From assembly GCA_036172245.1 (NCBI GenBank), contig JAYWIR010000025.1, positions 1,488,001 through 1,552,000 on the forward strand: a DNA stretch of 64,000 nucleotides, written 5' to 3'. Each line of letters begins with the position of its first letter. The first letter of the stretch is position 1. Made by a program: the position numbers and the translations under genes. Source of the DNA: Raillietiella orientalis. Taxonomy: Eukaryota. The notes beneath the pieces were generated by a model. It was not told the origin of the DNA, ran no database searches, and worked only from the letters and a program-made list of their open reading frames with translations. Shown in pieces: positions 52,401-64,000 of this stretch.

Positions 52401-52800
52401 GAGTGGATGTAGGTCACTCTTTCTCACCCGGATCCCGTGCGCGCGCGCGCACTTTCGCTCCGCTTGAATGGCGACGGAGGGAGGTCGCGTTTCCATGGTT
52501 TCCTTTCCCTCTCTCCATGTCTCTCTCTCCGTCCATTCCACCTCCTTTCTTTCGGTCTCCCACCGCGCGTCGGCTGCTGTCGCGAGCCCGTCCGGCGCGG
52601 AGAGTTCAGCCTCCTCCTCGACCGGGGACGTCGCCCGTAGGCAGTGAGCCCAAACTCTTACTCCCCTCCTCCCTCGCAGAGCGCGTCCCCCGGTCAGGCT
52701 CTGCAAAAGACTACTGCGAGGCAACTACGGCCGCTGCCACGACGGCAAGGAGAGGAGGAGGAGCTGGAGGGAAGGAGGACCGCTGCCATGATGACAAGGA
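49480..52800. promoter_or_regulatory. CpG-island-like GC-rich promoter / first-intron region of Duox
   Basis: Abrupt rise in GC and CpG content with (GCC)n runs around Duox exon 1; TGACGTCA at 50436-50443 and 50690-50697; AAAGTAGGTCA at 50508-50518. Confidence 0.7.
50841..50955 (+). CDS. Duox: Duox exon 1 (signal peptide); exact start ATG uncertain
   Basis: MRRRRQ...MTTALMVPLLLLLLRSP then CAG|GTAGG; phase 1 matches exon 2. Confidence 0.65.
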
Positions 52801-55800
52801 GGAAAGGGGGAGGGGAGGAGTAGGGAAACGTGCATCCGTTCGCGCTCTTGGTGTATCTGCCATCTTCCTCCCCCTTGTCTGACCGCGAGGGCACCGAAAC
52901 AGGAAGAAGGTGGAGATGGCGGCCGTGAAAGGTCGTCCCTTTTCCTCTCCCCCTCTGCTAAGCGCAGCTCCTCTCCCTCGTCCTTTCTGCCTCGTTTTCA
53001 TATATCGGGGAAAGGAAGGGAAGGATAGAGGTGTAGGGAGATGGAAGTTCCGCGACTTCCGATGGTGACTTCCCGCACCCGTTCAAGGAAGGTTCCTCTG
53101 TTGCAGCGGCGCCGGCGTGGAAGCACGAGAAGCAGCGGTACGACGGATGGTACAACAACAGGGCCCACCCTTCGTGGGGGAGCACGGGTAAGTTGCCTTC
53201 CCCCTCCCTTCCCTCCGGAAGGCCAATCCGAGGAAGCAGCAGCAGTGACGAGGGGTGGTCTTCCGGGAGCGCTCGCTGGTCCGCCTCACCCATCCCTTGT
53301 TCTTCTTGCAGACAGCCACCTGGTGAGGAAGGGAACGGCCACATACGCAGATGGCGTCTACATGATGCAGGGAAACGACCTGCCCAATCCCCGCGACCTC
53401 AGCCAGGCGCTCATGAAGGGGGTCGACGGCCACGGGTCCCTGAAGAACAGGACAGTTCTGCAAGTGTTTTTCGGTGATTGTTCCCTTCCATGCTTCGTCC
53501 GGGATGCTGTTCCCTTTTTTTTCCCTTTCCTGCTTGCGGACCCCGCGGTCACGTGACTGGCCGCATGCTGCGCGCTCCGAACCTACCGGCCGGCCGGCCG
53601 CCACACCCCTCTCGTGCCAATCAAACAAGCACCCCCCAGCCTTTCAGCCCATCCGCTCGCCATCCTCCTGACCAGCATCCCCCATCCCGACCTCCACAGC
53701 AACACCGCCCAACGGTCGCTCCTATTTGCGTGCCGAGGAGGGGGGCCTGCCGCTGCATCCCTCGCTCCTCCCGCTTTCTAGAAAGTGCGATCTCTGCAGA
53801 AGCTGCGCTCGCAAGAGTCTTCGACTTTTTTCTTGGCGTGCGGCAATCAGCCCTTCCTTGCCGGTCGACGTGTGAGTGCTTAACCAGAATTTTTTTTTTT
53901 TTTGTCCTTCAAGGGCAAGTCATAACATCGGAACTGATGCTGGCCAGTGAATCGAGCTGCCCCATCGAGATAGAGAAGATAGAGATCGCTCGATGCGACG
54001 AGATGTACGACAGGGAGTGTCTGGGGAACAAGTTCATCCCATTCCACAGAGCTGGGTACGATCCTCAAACCGGGCAGTCGCCGAACAGGCCCAGAGAGCA
54101 GGTGACTATCCATCTTCGCGCGCGGGAAAAAGACAGCCGGGGGTCACGTGATTCCGGAAGGACGTCCGCCGCAGACGTTCCGAACTTGCAGCATTTCGCG
54201 GCACGGCCACCACCGCGTGCGCGCACCCACGCGCATTTCTGCTTCCACGCCTCTCGCATATGCATGCAGGTGATGCAGCGTGTCCCACGGCGTCTATCTG
54301 CTTCATACGCGTCCTGCGTCCTTGCATATGCACGCACATGGCCGTTCTCCCTTGCGTATGTGTGTGCACACAACATGCGTGGTGTGTGCGCATACGTTCA
54401 CGATGCCGCCTGCGCTCTAGCCTTGGCTTCAGGGGGATCGAAATTTTGGCTGGACCTGTTTCCAAAAAAAAAAAAAATTTCCCTGCTCAGGGTTACGCTG
54501 GGGACATCCAAGCTCAAGGCGTTGCTAACATGTGACCACTTTGGAGTGCTCGCGTGATTGTCTGCTCGCTGCTGCCACAGGAGGGGGGGGGGGGAGACTT
54601 GCAAGAGCGTCCCCGTACCGTGCTTCGGAGAGAGCCTCGTAGGGGAACCAAAGGGAGGTAGAATTCGTCTCCTTCGTGATGCCTGACGACGCCGTCTCCT
54701 CCGTATCTCTGCAGCCTCGTCTGCGATGCGTGCTCGTGATCTTGGCGCTTTTCCCTTTCATTCTGCTGAGATGGAGCGACCAACATTTCTCCGAAAGCCC
54801 TTGGTTTTCTGGAGCGTCTGCCCTAGAGACCTGATGCTAGTTTCCAAGGAACCTCGCGCACGATCTCATGCGGTGGGGATGAGGAAGAAGAAAGTCCGCT
54901 CCGTGCTCTCGATGCGTCCGCGTAAAGAGGCGCATGATGCTGGGTACGGCTCGCTGGAGCGTCTGAAAGGAAGTCTGACGGCTGCCGCTCGGAAGAATCG
55001 ACTTTCCTAACGGGAAGCTCGTCATTCCGTGAGACGAGTGGGGCTCTCAGAGAGATAAGATGCTCTCTAGCGGTTCCTCGACTGATCGCGCGATGACCAC
55101 AGAAGGCGGAGGAAGCAGCCGCGAAGATAGAGAAAAACAGGATGAGGAATGGTAGCAGTGGGTCCCATCTCTGCAGTGCCAACATGGAACTTCTTGCGGG
55201 AGCGCGCTCGTAGAATCGGAACGCTGGGGCAAAAAGGCACGCAAGTCCCTGGAGGAAGAGGGGACGGGATTCCGCGAGCCGCAGATCGTGGAACAAAATA
55301 GACCCCCGTCCCTCACTTCCTGAGTTCCCTCCGCAAGAGTTGGCACTCTGTAGGTCGTCGCTTTCGCTTCCCGCCGTCTCTCAAAAAAGGCACATCGGAT
55401 TCCACCTTTGGTATTCCTGCTGATCGCGAGGGGAACGCACTGGCGTCCTTCGTAATCGGAGATGCTTTGTCTTCATTCCCTGCCTTCCGCATCCGACTGC
55501 CTGCTCGAAAGTTCTCGAACCCTCGGAGAAAATCCTGCAGCACGGGTTCGCAGCCTCCCGTGGGAAGAAACGTCGGAGTCATTGTTGGCGCGAGAGGTCC
55601 GTCCCCATGATTTTACGTCACCCACCTCAGCCAGCAGGCTTACCAAATCGCCTCCTCGTTCAGGAATTCCCCGCTGACGTAATCAGAATGAATAAAAGGA
55701 GGGGGAGGGAGAGATAGGAAGGGGGGAAAAAAAGCGTAAAGCGCTCCATTAATCACCATTGTTTCTCCACTGGAAGAGGGAAAATCGGACTTTCGAGAGG

Positions 55801-58800
55801 TCACTGAATCGCTGAACGCAGACGGAAGAAGAAGAGCGGAAAAATTCCTGAAACCGTCGGGAAATTCCCGCGAATTCCTGAAAACTTCCCGGAGCGAGTG
55901 GGAGGACCAAATGACCCGGATGCGCGAGAATCAAACGGCTGTTCTTGGTTGTCCGATCTCCCGTTCGGGGGGCGAGCTGCAACCACCAGAGGGACGGCTC
56001 CGAGCAGCCGGAGCGGATTTTCCTTCTTCCCTGCGAGGTTGCCCACCGTGCGCTGCTAGTCTAAAATAGGTCCCGCCCGTCGTGGAATCGTAGGAATCCT
56101 TCCTGTTCAACCTGTCGCGTTTTCTCCCTGTTTTTTGAATGCAGCAGCAAATTGGGATGAACGGGGAATTCAGATTTCTCCGATTTCAAGTCTTCCTCGT
56201 CTGTCGTGCTTCTGCCAATCCTTTCTCCTCCGAGAGGCGGAGAAGGAACTGCCAAATCTTCCCACGAAGCCATTACCAAGGACATTCTTCACTTTCCCTT
56301 TCATGTGCGTCTCCTCGCGTTCCTCGCGAACTGTAAACAGACATTCTGTTTGTCTCTTCGGACCTTTGCTCCTCAAAGTGAACTTCACCCATCTCTTCGT
56401 ATGCCCGAAAACAATGGATCTTGCTCTTGAAACAAGACGACGAAGCATTTTCGTCCATCCCAGAATGTCATCCCTCATCTTCATTTGCTCTCAACGTTTT
56501 GCTAAAGGCATCCTGTTGATACACGCTGGGCCCGTGATTTATGCCTCGGCTTTCCGTAGGTAACGCTTGGTCTTTAAATCGAATTCTTTCCGGAATCCGT
56601 CTTCCATGGATTTCAGGGAAGGGCTTGAGCGTGCACCTCTGGACAAACCGCATCTGCGTAAGATGCACCATCCCTCCTCCTTAAATATTCAAGTCACTAC
56701 CAGCTCATAGGGGAGGCATGCGCTAATCTCCAGGATTCATTAGCATGTTAAAACGCCGTTACAGTGCCCGCACACCCGAATCTTCCCTGCTTTCCTTTTG
56801 GGTATTTTTTTTTTTCCTTAATCTCTCGAGGTTTCAAGTTGTTGGGTTTGTGCTTTCTGTCAAAACTCTCGCATTCATTTTCAGCAATGAAATTTCCGGT
56901 TACATATATACATTTGCTTATTTACACATGGAACGTTTGTTTCGAGGCTGTCCGAAAGCGGTCCCAACTGTGAGCTGTCCCCATGATCAAGTAGTGGTGC
57001 TTGCATTCTTCTGACAGTCTCAAACAGCCCTCCTCAGCCTCAAGCTTTCTCCATGAATTACAGGATATCCAATTTTCCCTTTTACGGCTGGCACCATTAT
57101 CAAGCTGCTGTCCTTAAAATTTCGCTTGCCAGCAGCTCGCCCCTTAGGACATCCTCCCAGTCCAACCAGCAAATGTGCTGGCTTTTCGATTCCTCGGACA
57201 GTGGGCGCCAGACAGAGCGACTCTGCTAAAAGTGAATCTCTTATCGTGTATAAGTTTCGTCTGCTTACTGCTACCAGGTGCTTTCTTCATCTGAACTTCC
57301 TCGTCCGCAATGGCACGTGGCAGTGACCAGTCGGAAAGCCGCCGCTGCACCCATTCTTTATTGGAATTTTGCTCAGTACCGGCCTGACGCATGCACATCT
57401 CGAAAAGCCTGTGACTCTTTGGACAACGGCTAAATCCAGGGAACGTTATGCGTTTCAGATCAACTCCGTGACGAGTTGGATCGACGCCAGTTTCGTGTAC
57501 AGTACGAGCGAAGCTTGGGTCAACGCAATGAGACTTTTCGACGGTGGGATGCTGAAAGCCATGAACAACGGCAAGCTTCCTGTCAGGAACAGCATGAGGG
57601 TTCCAATTATGAATCCCCCGAACCCTCACGTCATGCGGATCCTAAGTCCCGAGAGAATGTTTCGTAAGTTTCTTTTGTGTACTTGTGTATTTAAGAACGT
57701 GTGACAATTCTTCGCTGAAACAACAACAACAGCAACAAAAAGCGCAGCCAGAATTTAATTTCAATAAAGTACACTGTAGTTCTTGGAGACCCTCGAAGCA
57801 ATCAGAATCCTGCCTATCTCGCTTTCGGAATCCTCTTCTTTCGATGGCACAACGTGTTGGCCGAAAGAATCAGGAACGAGAATCCGACCTGGAAGGACGA
57901 GGAAATATTCCAGAAAGCCAGACGTTTTGTTATAGCAAGCATGCAGGTAGGTTGTTTGGACGATTATCCTCTGGGCACAACCCGCAGGGCAAGGGCACCT
58001 CTTCAAGGTCTACTGAAGATCTTGTGCTCCAGAGCACAGCCCAAGGCGCTCAGGTACCACGGTCGGCGCTGTTGCATGCAAACCGCTATGTTGCATTGAA
58101 TGCTAACGGTGACGGTCTGTACCGTGTACAGAGGCGCCGCTAAAGTGTAGCTAACGGGTCAAAGTGTCATTCGCTTTTGCTCCATCTTGTTCTTGGATCA
58201 CTCGCTTGTCCCTTAACGCCCTAAGGCGCCTCCGTGTTCCAGTCCAATCCTATGTGTTTGACTGTGAGCAGGAAGGACAAAGAGCACCGTGTCTGGGTTC
58301 GTGCTTTCTACGAAAAAATTAGAAATATTTCCGTGACTTTTCTCCGGTTAATTTAGAATCATTGCTCAAATGCAAGTGCCTTCCGAATTATTCTGTAGTA
58401 GTAACTTAGGTGAATGTAAGCAATGAGATTGACATTTCTGGATGTCACGTGTCCAGATGATGGTCTGCTTAAAAAGTCTCTTTAAAAATTCAGCCGCCTT
58501 TGCTATGCGTTTGGCAGTGACCACCCGGCGAACATAACCACCCCTTTTCCAGCGCGAGCATAGAATGCAAATGTGGGAACGTTTTCTTCTTCGAGTTCAC
58601 TGCATCCCGGAGTGATGCTTTTCAACTCTCCATGCTGGTTTTTAGAACATAATCGCATACGAATTCCTGCCTGCATTCATCGGTGAACCCTTGGAGCCAT
58701 ACAAGTGCTACGACCCTGATCTTCACCCGGGAATCTCTAATGTATTCCAAGCGGCAGCCTTTCGTTTTGGGCACAGCTTGGTACCACCGGGACTGTACAG

Positions 58801-58882
58801 GAGGGATGGCAAATGCACTTTCAAAAACACCTCCACAACGTCTCCTGCTCTTCGACTCTGCACAGTGTGGTGGGATGCCAAC
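50841..58882 (+). CDS. Duox: Dual oxidase, 5' portion (signal peptide plus peroxidase-homology domain, ~385 aa over 7 exons; gene continues beyond the window)
   Basis: Phase-consistent exons 50841-50955, 53107-53187, 53312-53473, 53914-54101, 57459-57663, 57780-57946, 58646-58882 encode EKQRYDGWYNN, FFGQVITSE, TGQSPNRPREQINSVTSWIDASFVY, LLGDPRSNQNP...FFRWHN and AAAFRFGHSLVPPG. Confidence 0.95.
53107..53187 (+). CDS. Duox: Duox exon 2
   Basis: ttgcag|...KHEKQRYDGWYNNRAHPSWGST|gtaagt. Confidence 0.9.
53312..53473 (+). CDS. Duox: Duox exon 3
   Basis: DSHLVRKGTATYADGVY...LPNPRDLS...KNRTVLQVFF. Confidence 0.93.
53914..54101 (+). CDS. Duox: Duox exon 4
   Basis: GQVITSELMLASESSCPIE...IPFHRAGYDPQTGQSPNRPREQ. 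Confidence 0.95.
57459..57663 (+). CDS. Duox: Duox exon 5
   Basis: INSVTSWIDASFVYSTSEAWVNAMR...SPERMF. Confidence 0.95.
57780..57946 (+). CDS. Duox: Duox exon 6
   Basis: LLGDPRSNQNPAYLAFGILFFRWHNVLAERI...FQKARRFVIASMQ. Confidence 0.95.
58646..58882 (+). CDS. Duox: Duox exon 7
   Basis: NIIAYEFLPAFIG...HPGISNVFQAAAFRFGHSLVPPGLYRRD...LRLCTVWWDAN. Confidence 0.95.
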
Positions 58883-59699
58883 GTAAGTGAGATGCTCCGA
58901 ATTTGCTTTGATTCTGGAATCTTCTCCGTTACCGTTTTCTTCCAAAAAACGGAAAAGGAGATTTTGCTGTCGCCCACAAGACCGCAGCAGCATTCTTGCG
59001 AATTGCCTCGAGCATGCTGCTTCTTGTACCATGCAGCGTACACATTACTCCTAGTTCCAACTCAGCTTCCGCTCACCGCACCCTGTATCAGATGATGCGG
59101 TTCTTTTCTGATTAGGTGTGTGACGGCCAAGTCGTCAAATCTTCAGAGAGGCTTTTTAGTGTCACTTATACGTGTGCGAATTCCATAAGGGTGGTAGGTT
59201 TGCGTGCGTGGTGGCGATACAGTACTCTAGTGTACGATTCGATTTTCCTTCAACAGGTGGAGCGAGCTTTGTCTGCTGCAACCGAACAGCAACAACCGAA
59301 ACTTTCTATTTACATTTGGAAGGCCGGAAGCATCTTCTACAGGTTTCCATCCCTTTCTCTGATAAATCACAGAAGCTTTTTTGTTTTAATTTTATCGGAA
59401 CGTTTCGGCTGGACAGCAGGGTCGGTGTTTTTAAACGGCTTCCCGATGGCACTTCCGGTCGAGTGTTATTTATGAAAAAGAGCGAAAAAGCAGTCCACGT
59501 ACTGTGGTGAATGATTGCTTAGAGCTTCATTTGCCTGCAGCGAACATATTAAAAAGAGTAGTTGCTACTCGAACCGAAAAAGCTTCACCTTCATACATAT
59601 GTGCTATGCAAACAAGTTTTGTGTAATATCTCCGGCACAACACACATGCCGGTATTTTGCTGCCGGAGATATTGTACAAAAGAATCTGCCTTGCAAGCC

Positions 59700-60480
59700 C
59701 GATAGGGATACTCCTTGAACGGTTTTTTCCATGCAAAAAGCCTCCACGGAGATTGCAGGTTTGCAGAACCATCGAGATTTGAATCCAGATCATCAGGAAA
59801 TGCAATCGCTGAGACCACTGGTTCTCACCAGTATGGAACAGCCACAGTGGTGTCCACGCTTTCTTTCGATAGCCACATGTCTTCACTTGGATTGCAGCAG
59901 ATTGACTAAGAGATTTCTTCTTTTTATTAATAAGGTGTACGGGTTTTTAAAATTCTACCAATTCCCCTGCTGGAAGTTCTTTGCGTAATAAAATTGAAAA
60001 ATCAGGTAAGCAAATAGCCAAATCATTTTAACACTCGAATCTTTCTTCGTACTCCTTAGAATATGTTTTGTCACGTTTCCCCAAACCGTGCATGTATCAG
60101 TCCTGCTTTTGATATGTTCGTTCCAATTCAAAGAAATAGGTCAGTAAGCTTGCTTAGGTCTTTTCGAAAAGAGGGCCGTTGACTTATTCAAAGGTGAGTA
60201 TCATAGTAGTAGTAAGCAACGTGATACAGCTCTTGAGTACTTTAGGGAGAAACAGTTTGATCCGAAATTCTGTTTTGCGAACCAGTGTAAGGAATGATTT
60301 CCAGAGTTTCTTTTCGGGCAGCTTACTAATGTATCTTTGACCGTTACCCCGAATAATGTATTTTGTGATCAGCAAAAAAGAAATCATGTACGAGCAAGCT
60401 GAGCAGACCTCCGTCGTTTGTTCCACTGATAGTACATACAACACGAGCTGTTTGTTAACTTTCATTCCAAGAAATCAGTC
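59700..60480 (-). mobile_element. CR1/L2/Jockey-type LINE RT remnant in a Duox intron
   Basis: FFADHKIHY (~LFADDxKLY) and KDL...LNWNEHI (~KDLG...LxWxxHI); AT-rich. Confidence 0.45.
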
Positions 60481-60899
60481 GAAGGCGAAGGTCTACACCC
60501 AAGGAAAATGAGAAACAACCCGTCGAGACACTTTGCGCCCTTTGCTTGTCTCAGTGGCCCATAGGCATGCAGATAGACCTCATCTGCCACCTAAACGTCT
60601 GGCTGTTTTCGTCATTTTGCTATATGCGCTGAGAACCAGACATGAGGCAAAGGATCTGCACGAGAGTGGTCGTCCACGGCTGTGGTGGATTTCACACTTT
60701 TCGTGTGAAGTCCACTGCAGTGGTGAACGATTTCCTTTCGGAACACATTCTCTTGGATCTCCCTCTGAGAATCAGTCGCTGGGCTTTTTGAAGATCCGCG
60801 TACCGGAGGACGAAGCGCAAGCGGGTGCAACTAGGAAGGACACACCACCAGTCCATCGAGTGCAGCTTACCAGGCAGCTCGAAATTTTCCTGGTTCGGC

Positions 60900-62300
60900 A
60901 CGATTCGACCTCCGACCTAGCCTAAAGCGAGCAGGCAAATTGTGTCCGTCTAGGCAGAACTTTGTTTGCTAGTGAAAAGAGCCACTGAGCACCTTCGAGC
61001 ACCTCGTGAAATGACTTCTGTTCGTACCTCACTGTCACTTTCCGTCCCTTACTGTGAAGGTGGGATAGGCAGAGTGGGGGCATTCGAATGCCCCCACTCT
61101 GCCTATCCCACCTTCGCTTGCGGCGGAGAATCGCAAAAACTCGAATCGATCCCGGAACTCCATGCAGCAGCTGTCTCCACTCTTTTAAGTGATCAGCGAA
61201 CTCGACAAGCAGCTGGTAATTTTCGATGATTCCATTGAACGCCCTTCCGGAATTAGCATCCCATCTTCGAAACGAGATACGAATGGAAAGGATGCGTGGA
61301 GGAAGTTTCTTCCTCCTTGACGAACGGACCCTTGCGTGAGCCCGTTTTTATCAGACCGGCGCGTCTCTCGCCAGCCCCGCGACGCCCAAAGCAGTAGGAG
61401 CATGCGTGTGCGCTTTCATCACAGCATCCAACAGTGCAAGCCGAAAGTCTCCAAGGATTGAGTGACCTCTGGAGCTGCCAGCAGCAAAGTCTGCTGTAGG
61501 TTGCACATAGCGCTCGTGAATCGAGATGCCAAAATATGAAGCACCCTTCTTCAGAAGGGTACTTCATTTCAGAAGAACTGTGCTAACCTGAAAAGATTCC
61601 AGCTCGGAAAAAGCCCATTGCGATTGCTATAAGAACAATTAAGAATAATTACGGAAAATTTCTTAGTAATAGTGGACTACATGTGAATGAACTCTTGGAA
61701 ATTTGTTCAAGCGTCGATGAGTTCCGTGTACTGGTGACGCTAGCCAAGCCCAACTTTTGCCAAATGAAAAGAGGTTTCTTCTCCCTTCTGTCTGCTCTCG
61801 TATCTTAAGATTCCTGATAGGTTTTCGCGAGAGAATCCTTCGCAAAGTTTTTTTTTTTTTTCTCCCCCTTGGCAAACCTATCTTCAGATCTTTAAACAGC
61901 AGTTGGCGCCCGAGGGATGATGAAGGGACTGAACGGACCAAACGGGGTAATCCGCTTGGGTCAGAGCACATTCTTTCGTGGCTCTTCGAGAACCTCACAA
62001 ATCAAGCCTTACATCACGTAGTGATCATTTGGAGGTTAAATTCTCAAAAGAGTCACCGGACCTTCAGAGGCAGTACGGAGCGCCCAGAAACTCAGTTCTC
62101 TTCTTTGTTCGATGCATTTACAAGTGGCGCATGTCTTTTCAACATGGGGACGATGGGTATTCGGAGTCTCTCTCGGATCCTGTTTATTCTGGAGTGAACT
62201 GGCGCTGGATGCCAGTTTCGAATTTCGAGTGAATTCGTAATGATTTCGCAGACGCCCATGTCAGGAAGCGACGAGCTCGAGTGCCCAAATTCATCGCTAA
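60900..62300 (+). mobile_element. Decayed L1/Tx1-like RT C-terminal remnant
   Basis: PCVSPFL (~CPLSPxL) and FFLPLGKP...PRDDEG...LSWL (~FLWxGK...PxxxGG...LxWL). Confidence 0.3.
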
Positions 62301-62338
62301 GGAAGGAGCGAAAAAATCACACACACGAGTCTCCAATA

Positions 62339-62692
62339 CGGTGAACACCTCGGTACTCGACGGTGTCGGGACTCTGCAAACTCGGTACTCGTCGCATTTT
62401 GAAGAGAAAAAAAATGTTTCGACACTCGGCATGCTCGAAACTCGGACATCCTACTCTCAAGATGAAACAAGTGAACGCTTTCGTCTCATGGTAGCTCGCG
62501 AACTGTGCCAAAAACACTTCCATGGAGGAAAGTCCCAAATCGTTGCCTTTTTGTGTGTGCTTTCTGTGCATCTTAAGCGTTAATCCTGGATCCTAAAATG
62601 CTTTAAAATGATACCACGAAGCCTAGAAAAGAAGTCGTTCGGTACTCGTCGGTTTCGGATCGAATTACCGTCGAGTACCGAGGGTTCCCCTG
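62339..62692. mobile_element. MITE (Tc1/mariner-pogo-like ends), ~350 bp
   Basis: Perfect 17-bp inverted repeat cctcggtactcgacggt at 62348-62364 / 62667-62683; left end preceded by TA; internal ggtactcg subrepeats; no coding capacity. Confidence 0.7.
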
Positions 62693-64000
62693 TTCTCATA
62701 CAACGACGAATGTGGGAAATTTTGACGAGACATCCAAAAAGCGTGACCAGGAAACTTTGTGAAGATGTTGCAGGTTTTCGAGCGATGGCAGTTTTTACAT
62801 TTCTTCCGTGTTTTGCGGCGTCCTTACGAGCGTAGTGCGCGCGTGTTCAGTGGCACAAACTCGCCGTCGGGTAGAAGGGGAGAACGGTCACTGTCACGAA
62901 TTGACAGCTGCACGAGGAATCGCATCAAAGAGTTTTCAGCGAGTCACAAGATGGACTAAGAGGACAGATGCATTCTAGATCCTGTCGAAAATTTCGACAT
63001 GCCGGTAGGCTCTGATCAGATTAAGTCTCTGGAGGAAGTTTACCCTAGTTCCGGGATGTGTGCAGCCAAACTTTAATCTCCGCTAAGGCCTGATTTTCTT
63101 GGAAAGTCCTTGCGAGTGTCCTCAGCAGTGCTGAGAATAATGAAGCGCCCCGTGAGGCGGAAGCGAGTGGCACTTGAAAAAGTCTCCTACCAAAAGATTT
63201 CGTCAGGACGAAAGATCACCGCATTTTTTTTTTCCTTCGAAGGTTGGCTTCTCCTTGCGTCCAGATGAATCTCGTGCTTCGTACAGCGCCTGCTGCAACC
63301 GTGGGGTAGTTGAGCTTTTGGGGAATGATCTTTGAGAAGAGGGTTTCCTTAAAAGGAAAGGGGTGCGCGTTTTGGGTCACGTGCGGCTCACTCCGAAAAA
63401 AAGAAAGACGAGACTAGGGAGCACTGCCTCTTTTCCCCCTCTGCAGGTGGATTTCGATCATTTCTTGCTGGCAGTCCACTTGACCTTGGAATACTGACGA
63501 TAGAGATGCCAACTCGGTTCCTCGAGTTGGTATCTCTATCGAGCGTCGGTTCCGCTGCCTTCCCATCGATAACGTTCGAACGAGAATCTTTGCTTCCGTG
63601 GTGTTCAAAATTTTAAGCACCGCCTACACCGCCAGCAGAGGCTCTAGAAGGCTACTAGAAGAAAGGCTGCTCATGGGACCGTCCTGCAAAACGGAGGTCT
63701 GGAAAGGAACACCCTCCTGGAAGGCCGGGTGGTTTCAAATTTTCTATCCATTGCTGCTGAAGATGGTTGGTTGGTTCTCTTGTGATGCTTCTCTGTCCTG
63801 ATTATTAGTTCTTGTGGCATCTCGCTGTTTGTCTGTTACAGTGATACCGCCGAAGAAGCAGTTGCGTGCTTTTGTCACAAAAATCCCGTTTTATTTTTTT
63901 TTTCTGGAATGTTTGCCTGTGAATGTTGCCGATTGCTCCACGTGTTTTTTTGCGTTCTATTGATCTCGATGTGCATTTGGTTCAGGAAACTTCTTTGAAC

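Noticed and set aside
49277..52724. Many long overlapping ORFs (200-400 aa)
   Set aside because: Expected from stop-codon scarcity in a GC-rich island; low-complexity products without domains
58883..64000. Next Duox exon (EREDxxLCSDVRxKLFGPMEF)
   Set aside because: Not found in this interval; presumably beyond the window end

Overview
Eukaryotic genomic DNA, most likely from an arthropod, with spliceosomal GT-AG introns and no prokaryotic operon structure. Two apparently intact genes lie on the + strand. The first is a 5-exon secreted Ala/Pro/Tyr-repeat structural protein, cuticle- or eggshell-like (~953 aa, 6073-9602). The second is the first seven coding exons of dual oxidase (Duox, 50841-58882, continuing beyond the window), behind a CpG-island-like promoter that carries two perfect CRE sites and a perfect ROR/E75/HR3 element. 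The ~40 kb between them is mostly decayed sequence: many L1/Tx1-like LINE fragments, a frameshifted E75-type nuclear receptor pseudogene, a probable gustatory-receptor pseudogene, and a 252-bp bacterial IS982-family transposase fragment (Wolbachia/Rickettsiales-like) inserted cleanly into a host LINE remnant, which suggests endosymbiont-to-host DNA transfer. All family assignments come from recognising motifs by eye; no database searches were run.
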